The notes under the pieces: generated by a model | What the model was told of the DNA's origin: nothing | Databases searched by the model: none | The model's input: the letters and a program-made list of their open reading frames with translations, nothing else | DNA from: Macrostomum lignano | Lineage: Eukaryota | Assembly (NCBI GenBank): GCA_002269645.1 | Contig: NIVC01000798.1 | Span: 1 to 29,119 of the forward strand | DNA length: 29,119 nt | Direction of reading: 5' to 3' | Made by a program: the position numbers and the translations under genes | Shown here: piece after piece, positions 20,906 through 29,119 of the stretch | Layout of the letters: each line of letters opens with the position of its first letter | Numbering within the stretch: the stretch's first letter is position 1

Positions 20906-23900
20906 GGCGGCCAGCCCTCCACTATACCACTAGACAAACTAATGCCAGGGGCGTGGGGCGGCCAACTCCCCACTATACCACTAGAGAAACTAATGCCAGG
21001 GGTGTGGGGGCGGCCAGCCCCCACTATACCACTAGACTAACTAATGCCAGTGGCGTGGGGGGCGGCCAGCCCCCCACTATACCACTAGACTAACTAATGC
21101 CAGGGGCGTGGGGGGCGGCCAGCCCCCACTATACCACTAGAGAAACTAATGCCAGGGGCGTGGGGGGCGGCCAGCCCCCCACTATACCACTAGACTAACT
21201 AATGCCAGGGGCGTGGGGGGCGGCCAGCCCCCACTATACCACTAGACTAACTAATGCCAGGGGCGTGGGGGGCGGCCAGCCCCCACTATACCACTAGACT
21301 AACTAATGCCAGGGGCGTGGGGGGCGGCCAGCCCCCCACTATACCACTAGACTAACTAATGCCAGGGGCGTGGGGGCGGCCAGCCCCCACTATACCACTA
21401 GACTAACTAATGCCAGGGGCGTGGGGGGCGGCAGCCCCCACTATACCACTAGACTAACTAATGCCAGGGGCGTGGGGGCGGCCAGCCCCCACTATACCAC
21501 TAGACTAACTAATGCCAGGGGCGTGGGGGCGGCCAGCCCCCACTATACCACTAGACTAACTAATGCCAGGGGCGTGGGGGCGGCCAGCCCCCACTATACC
21601 ACTAGACTAACTAATGCCAGGGGTGTGGGGGCGGCCAGCCCCCACTATACCACTATACCACTAGACTAACTAATGCCAGGGGCGTGGGGGGCGGCCAGCC
21701 CCCACTATACCACTAGACTAACTAATGCCAGGGGCGTGGGGGGCGGCAGCCCCCACTATACCACTAGACTAACTAATGCCAGGGGCGTGGGGGGCGGCCA
21801 GCCCCCACTATACCACTAGACTAACTAATGCCAGGGGCGTGGGGGTGGCCAGCCCCCACTATACCACTAGACTAACTAATGCCAGGGGCGTGGGGGCGGC
21901 CAGCCCCCACTATACCACTAGACTAACTAATGCCAGGGGCGTGGGGGCGGCCAGCCCCCACTATACCACTAGACTAACTAATGCCAGGGGCGTGGGGGGC
22001 GGCCAGCCCCCACTATACCACTAGACTAACTAATGCCAGGGGCGTGGGGGGCGGCCAGCCCCCACTATACCACTAGACTAACTAATGCCAGGGGCGTGGG
22101 GGCGGCCAGCCCCCCACTATACCACTAGACTAACTAATGCCAGGGGCGTGGGGGGCGGCCAGCCCCCCACTATACCACTAGACTAACTAATGCCAGGGGC
22201 GTGGGGGGCGGCCAGCCCCCACTATACCACTAGACTAACTAATGCCAGGGGCGTGGGGGTGGCCAGCCCCCCACTATACCACTAGACTAACTAATGCCAG
22301 GGGCGTGGGGGGGCAGCCCCCCACTATACCACTAGACTAACTAATGCCAGGGGCGTGGGGGGCGGCCAGCCCCCCACTATACCACTAGACTAACTAATGC
22401 CAGGGGCGTGGGGGCGGCCAGCCCCCCACTATACCACTAGACTAACTAATGCCAGGGGCGTGGGGGCGGCCAGCCCCCACTATACCACTAGACTAACTAA
22501 TGCCAGGGGCGTGGGGGGCGGCCAGCCCCCACTATACCACTAGACTAACTAATGCCAGGGGCGTGGGGGGCGGCAGCCCCCCACTATACCACTATACCAC
22601 TAGACTAACTAATGCCAGGGGCGTGGGGGGCGGCCAGCCCCCCACTATACCACTAGACTAACTAATGCCAGGGGCGTGGGGGGCGGCAGCCCCCCACTAT
22701 ACCACTAGACTAACTAATGCCAGGGGCGTGGGGGGCGGCCAGCCCCCACTATACCACTAGACTAACTAATGCCAGGGGCGTGGGGGCGGCCAGCCCCCAC
22801 TATACCACTAGACTAACTAATGCCAGGGGCGTGGGGGGCGGCCAGCCCCCACTATACCACTAGACTAACTAATGCCAGGGGCGTGGGGGCGGCCAGCCCC
22901 CCACTATACCACTAGACTAACTAATGCCAGGGGCGTGGGGGCGGCAGCCCCCACTATACCACTTAGACTAACTAATGCCAGGGGCGTGGGGGGCGGCCAG
23001 CCCCCCACTATACCACTAGACTAACTAATGCCAGGGGCGTGGGGGCGGCCAGCCCCCACTATACCACTAGACTAACTAATGCCAGGGGCGTGGGGGGCGG
23101 CCAGCCCCCTACTATACCACTAGACTAACTAATGCCAGGGTGTGGGGGCGGCCAGCCCCCCTATACCACTATACCACTAGACTAACTAATGCCAGGGGCG
23201 TGGGGGCGGCCAGCCCCCCACTATACCACTAGACTAACTAATGCCAGGGGCGTGGGGGGCGGCCAGCCCCCACTATACCACTAGACTAATAATGCCAGGG
23301 GCGTGGGGGGCGGCCAGCCCCCACTATACCACTAGACTAACTAATGCCAGGGGCGTGGGGGTGGCCAGCCCCCCACTATACCACTAGACTAACTAATGCC
23401 AGGGGCGTGGGGGGCGGCCAGCCCCCACTATACCACTTAGACTAACTAATGCCAGGGGCGTGGGGGGCGGCCAGCCCCCCACTATACCACTAGACTAACT
23501 AATGCCAGGGGCGTGGGGGGCGGCCAGCCCCCACTATACCACTAGACTAACTAATGCCAGGGGCGTGGGGGGCGGCCAGCCCCCACTATACCACTAGACT
23601 AACTAATGCCAGGGGCGTGGGGGGCGGCCAGCCCCCCACTATACCACTAGACTAACTAATGCCAGGGGCGTGGGGGCGGCCAGCCCCCCACTATACCACT
23701 AGACTAACTAATGCCAGGGGCGTGGGGGCGGCCAGCCCCCACTATACCACTAGACTAACTAATGCCAGGGGCGTGGGGGTGGCCAGCCCCCACTATACCA
23801 CTAGACTAACTAATGCCAGGGGCGTGGGGGGTGGCCAGCCCCCACTATACCACTAGACTAACTAATGCCAGGGGCGTGGGGGGCGGCCAGCCCCCCACTA

Positions 23901-24567
23901 TACCACTAGACTAACTAATGCCAGGGGCGTGGGGGCGGCCAGCCCCCACTATACCACTAGACTAACTAATGCCAGGGGCGTGGGGGGCGGCTAGCCCCCC
24001 ACTATACCACTATACCACTAGACTAACTAATGCCAGGGGCGTGGGGGGCGGCCAGCCCCCCACTATACCACTAGACTAACTAATGCCAGGGGCGTGGGGG
24101 GCGGCCAGCCCCCCACTATACCACTAGACTAACTAATGCCAGGGGCGTGGGGGGCGGCCAGCCCCCACTATACCACTAGACTAACTAATGCCAGGGGCGT
24201 GGGGGCGGCCAGCCCCCACTATACCACTAGACTAACTAATGCCAGGGGCGTGGGGGGTGGCCAGCCCCCCACTATACCACTTAGACTAACTAATGCCAGG
24301 GGCGTGGGGGGCGGCAGCCCCCACTATACCACTAGACTAATAAATGCCAGGGGCGTGGGGGCGGCCAGCCCCCACTATACCACTAGACTAACAAATGCCA
24401 GGGGCGTGGGGGCGGCCAGCCCCCACTATACCACTAGACTAACTAATGCCAGGGGCGTGGGGGCGGCCAGCCCCCACTATACCACTAGACTAACTAATGC
24501 CAGGGGCGTGGGGGGCGGCCAGTCCCCACTATACCACTAGACTAACTAATGCCAGGGCGTGGGGGGC
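20901..24567. repeat. 51-bp satellite array 3 (~70 copies)
   Basis: Same monomer; the first few copies are diverged (gacaaact, gagaaact, gccagtggcg). Confidence 0.98.
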
Positions 24568-26387
24568 TTTTTAGCTCTCAATTTAGGTTAAATAAATAGA
24601 TGTCATAGCCATAAACAATAATGGACACAATATAAACCATCGTCCCACCTTTGAAGACGACAGCGTCTTCATTCACTAGTTGTGGGACGATGAGCCAGTA
24701 AGTAGTATAGAAAAAAAGGCGAGCGAAGCGAGAATTTTTTTCTATGGTGCTTACTTTTGCGAAATCGTCCCTGATAAGATGTAACGTGGTTGCACACACT
24801 AAAAATGACGTTTTTCAACTTTTAAACGCTGCCAATAAAAAACGGTACGACCAATTTACAAACGGTTTTTGCCAAAATGTGTCAAAGACCTAGCGCTATC
24901 GGATGCACAATAGTTGGTTGCCATGGCAATGCGTTTTGGTTGCCATGGCAACCAAAAACTGCGTTTTTTCGACTTTGTCAAAAACTTTGATCTCAAAAAA
25001 TAAGGATTGAGAATATGGCAGCGCTTAGCGGGCTGGCTCAGTAAACGCGGGCATTCGAACGCTACAATGATCAGAAATGGATTTTTTTATTGTACTTTAA
25101 CGTCTAGGCTAAAAGTACAAAAAACGTGTTTTTTGAGGTCGAAAAATTGGCATTTTTTCCAACTTTGCCTCACCGCAGCGAAAAGGACGCGCGATAGCGC
25201 GGCCTTTGAGCTGCCTCATAGCGTCAATAACACCTGGGGCTGTTTGATGCGCTATAGTTTTTAGGCTAAAATGTACTTTTCACATGGCTGCCTATCTGCA
25301 CTTTAAAAGTACAAATTTTTAGTGCACTTTTGTGAGGCCTATCTCGTCGAGATTAAAAACTTTATTTTTTAATATTTCTACACCAAATTACTCAAATAGA
25401 TGTCTTCTATTCGGAAACATCGAGATTTGGCTTATTGGGCCATCAATAACCTGCCCAGGTGCCAAAGAGTGCCTAAAAACGACATTTTCAAAAAATTGGG
25501 TCACGTTTTAAAAAAGTAGTCCTCAAACTTGAAAAAGTGTTTTATGCTACAGTGGTGAGACTTTAACACGATGTGTCAAACATATGGAAATTTGTTTTCC
25601 TAAATTTTCTAAGCATTTGGACCTACCTGTGCTGAGCAGTGACCCGAAAACCAGGGAAAAAAGAGGCCGGGGGGCACTGCAGAAAATCAGACGTTGTTAA
25701 GGAAATTTTTTTAAAATGGGGCAAAGTTTTTCGAGTATGGCGTCAAATTGTAGCCCATCGGATGCCCTTTTGAATGACATAAGACACTCCTGAAAAAACC
25801 CTGTTAACAGGTACTTTTTACCTGTTAAGTGAAAAACGGCCCATTTTGGGGTACAAACTTTGAAGTGGAAAAATAAGAAATTTTGCGCACCGATTTTTCT
25901 GCATTTTCAATATTGTTTAGTCGAATAGATGAAGTTACACCGGTCATACGCCAATATGGCTGGAAAATTCGTATTTTTGAGAAAATTGGCTCCGAATTTT
26001 GAGAAGGCTATTTTTGGGCAAATTTTGAGCATACTTTTGCTAATAACTCTGCATTGGCAAGGCCTAGAGACTCAATTTTGGTGTCTAAAAACAGCACTAT
26101 GGATGCACTGTGCAACTAAATTAGTTTTGAAAACTGATTCTTAAGTTAATAGGTCTTAATACCTGTTTGAATACCTGTCAGAACAGGTGAAAATGCACAA
26201 TTTGGCGCCTAGGAGGCGTAAAATTTGTTGACATACTTTAAAAATGCATTAGATGAATGCGCCTTGATGTTATCTCTGTAACGACATGCGACTCGCATTT
26301 TTAGATGAAGGCGCTGCGATGCAGCGAGCAGAAATGTATGAAAAAGCAGCAAAAATCGTAAAAGTGGCTACCATAGGGAATATTCGA

Positions 26388-26505
26388 TATAAACGGCGTG
26401 CACTGTAGAGCTTCGCTTAAGTAAGAGATGGATCGGGGCCGAAGGCAGTTGCTTTGTAAATGGCCTAAACACGGGTTCGAATCCCAAGTGGGCCAAGTTT
26501 TTTTT
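26388..26505 (+). promoter_or_regulatory. Pol III-like cassette, type 2 (unit D)
   Basis: TATAAA 26388; B-box ggttcgaatcc 26474-84; T8 at 26498-505; matches unit C. Confidence 0.5.
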
Positions 26506-26771
26506 ATATTTAATTTTTTAGCAGGAACGGATTTATTAGTATTTTCAATTCTCTTTCACTTGAATATAATTTAATATTGATTGTTTAATTTTCCTTTCCT
26601 TCTATACCTTATTAAAGAGTAAGAGTGAAGCTGAAAGTGCGGCACAGATGATTTGTTAGTGCAGAAAGAATATTACGATACATATCGGCAAGTATCATGT
26701 GTTGCGCGGTCGCCAAAGGCTTACAAGCAGTTTTAGCATGCTAAAAAGATGTGTTAGAGGTGGGAAAAGTT

Positions 26772-27072
26772 GCGGAGGGGTGGGGTGGGGGAGCGGGGGT
26801 GTGGGGGCGGCAGCCCCCACGTTACGCAAACCCCACAACAACAACCACCCTCCCCAACAACAATGTGCGGGAGGGGTGGGGGAGCGGGGGTGTGGGGGCG
26901 GCAGCCCCCACGTTACGCAAACCCCACAACAACAACCACCCTCCCCAACAACAACGCGCGGGAGGGGTGGGGGAGCGGGGGTGTGGGGGCGGCAGCCCCC
27001 ACGTTACGCAAACCCCACAACAACAACCACCCTCCCCAACAACACGGGAGGGGTGGGGGAGCGGGGGTGTGG
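26772..27072. repeat. 91-bp minisatellite, 3 copies (unit D)
   Basis: gcccccacgttacgc at 26813, 26904 and 26995; the third copy has a short deletion (aacacgggag). Confidence 0.95.
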
Positions 27073-29119
27073 GGCGGCCAGCCTCCACTATACCACTAGA
27101 CAAACTAATGCCAGGGGCGTGGGGCGGCCAACTCCCACTATACCACTAGAGAAACTAATGCCAGGGGTGTGGGGGCGGCCAGCCCCCACTATACCACTAG
27201 ACTAACTAATGCCAGTGGCGTGGGGGGCGGCCAGCCCCCACTATACCACTAGACTAACTAATGCCAGGGGCGTGGGGGCGGCCAGCCCCCACTATACCAC
27301 TAGAGAAACTAATGCCAGGGCGTGGGGGCGGCCAGCCCCCCACTATACCACTAGACTAATAATGCCAGGGGCGTGGGGGGCGGCCAGCCCCCTACTATAC
27401 CACTAGACTAACTAATGCCAGGGGCGTGGGGGCGGCCAGCCCCCCACTATACCACTAGACTAACTAATGCCAGGGGCGTGGGGGCGGCCAGCCCCCACTA
27501 TACCACTAGACTAACTAATGCCAGGGGCGTGGGGGGTGGCCAGCCCCCACTATACCACTAGACTAACTAATGCCAGGGGCGTGGGGGGCGGCAAGCCCCC
27601 ACTATACCACTTAGACTAACTAATGCCAGGGGCGTGGGGGGCGGCCAGCCCCCACTATACCACTAGACTAACTAATGCCAGGGGCGTGGGGGGCGGCCAG
27701 CCCCCACTATACCACTAGACTAACTAATGCCAGGGGCGTGGGGGCGGCCAGCCCCCTACTATACCACTAGACTAACTAATGCCAGGGTGTGGGGGCGGCC
27801 AGCCCCCACTATACCACTATACCACTAGACTAACTAATGCCAGGGGCGTGGGGGGCGGCCAGCCCCCACTATACCACTTAGACTAACTAATGCCAGGGGC
27901 GTGGGGGGCGGCGAGCCCCCCACTATACCACTAGACTAATAATGCCAGGGGCGTGGGGCGGCCAGCCCCCCACTATACCACTAGACTAACTAATGCCAGG
28001 GGCGTGGGGGGTGGCCAGCCCCCACTATACCACTAGACTAACTAATGCCAGGGGCGTGGGGGGCGGCCAGCCCCCACTATACCACTTAGACTAACTAATG
28101 CCAGGGGCGTGGGGGCGGCCAGCCCCCACTATACCACTAGACTAACTAATGCCAGGGGCGTGGGGGGCGGCCAGCCCCCCACTATACCACTAGACTAACT
28201 AATGCCAGGGGCGTGGGGGCGGCCAGCCCCCACTATACCACTAGACTAACTAATGCCAGGGGCGTGGGGGGCGGCCAGCCCCCACTATACCACTAGACTA
28301 ACTAATGCCAGGGGCGTGGGGGCGGCCAGCCCCCACTATACCACTAGACTAACTAATGCCAGGGGCGTGGGGGGCGGCCAGCCCCCACTATACCACTAGA
28401 CTAACTAATGCCAGGGGCGTGGGGGTGGCCAGCCCCCACTATACCACTAGACTAACTAATGCCAGGGGCGTGGGGGCGGCCAGCCCCCCACTATACCACT
28501 AGACTAACTAATGCCAGGGGCGTGGGGGGCGGCCAGCCCCCCACTATACCACTAGACTAACTAATGCCAGGGGCGTGGGGGGCGGCTAGCCCCCACTACT
28601 ATACCACTAGACTAACTAATGCCAGGGGCGTGGGGGGCGGCCAGCCCCCACTATACCACTAGACTAACTAATGCCAGGGGCGTGGGGGCGGCAGCCCCCA
28701 CTATACCACTAGACTAACTAATGCCAGGGCGTGGGGGCGGCCAGCCCCCCCTATACCACTAGACTAACTAATGCCAGGGGCGTGGGGGCGGCCAGCCCCA
28801 CTATACCACTAGACTAACTAATGCCAGGGGCGTGGGGGGCCAGCCCCCCACTATACCACTTAGACTAACTAATGCCAGGGCGTGGGGGCGGCCAGCCCCC
28901 ACTATACCACTAGACTAATAATGCCAGGGGCTGGGGCGGCCAGCCCCCCACTATACCACTAGACTAACTAATGCCAGGGCGTGGGGGGCGGCCAGCCCCC
29001 ACTATACCACTAGACTAACTAATGCCAGGGCGTGGGGGGCGGCCAGCCCCCACTATACCACTAGACTAACTAATGCCAGGGGCGTGGGGGCGGCAGCCCC
29101 CACTATACCACTAGACTAA
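27069..29119. repeat. 51-bp satellite array 4 (at least ~40 copies, runs off the window)
   Basis: Same monomer continues to the last base. Confidence 0.98.

Larger units (their letters stand above)
18486..24636. repeat. Composite macro-repeat unit C (~6.15 kb)
   Basis: Colinear with A/B; right half is a second subtype, nearly identical to unit D (ORF offsets 19757/25929 and 20527/26699 both 6172). Confidence 0.92.
24637..29119. repeat. Composite macro-repeat unit D (truncated by the window end)
   Basis: Near-identical to unit C including the 91-mers and the variant first monomers. Confidence 0.92.

Noticed and set aside
11641-24540. ORFs reading MPGAWGAASPHYTTRLTNARGVG...
   Set aside because: Artefact of a 51-bp (17-codon) period; frames break wherever a G or C run changes length.
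20527-27406. Overlapping 93-188 aa ORFs across the 91-mers
   Set aside because: GC-rich repeat is open in several frames on both strands; no recognisable domain.
11095-29119. 51-bp arrays as a CRISPR array
   Set aside because: Monomers abut directly with no unique spacers, no cas genes are present, and the context is eukaryotic.

Overview
Eukaryotic, probably invertebrate-animal, repeat-dominated DNA with no prokaryotic features. The left 8 kb is a patchwork: the intronless 3' part of a PIF1-family (Helitron-type) helicase with two -1 frameshifts (1-878); a 36-37 bp minisatellite; three ~326-bp tandem copies; an internally deleted mariner with both TIRs and TA target duplications (4371-5094); microsatellites; and a spliced Gly/Arg-rich plus CCHC zinc-knuckle coding fragment (6665-7167). 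From ~8041 to the window end lie four head-to-tail copies (A-D, 5.1-6.2 kb) of one composite unit: two long hairpins, a 24-bp X-box-like palindrome, ~2 kb of AT-rich palindrome-rich DNA, a TATA/A-box/B-box/T-tract Pol III-like cassette, then a 2-3.7 kb array of a 51-bp satellite. The satellite monomer is a GC hairpin followed 8 nt later by CTAG, matching the textbook Helitron 3' end. The best candidate for something undescribed is this nested satellite-in-macrosatellite system; its rolling-circle origin is inference only. Coordinates and copy numbers were counted by eye, and homopolymer length variation suggests long-read consensus error.
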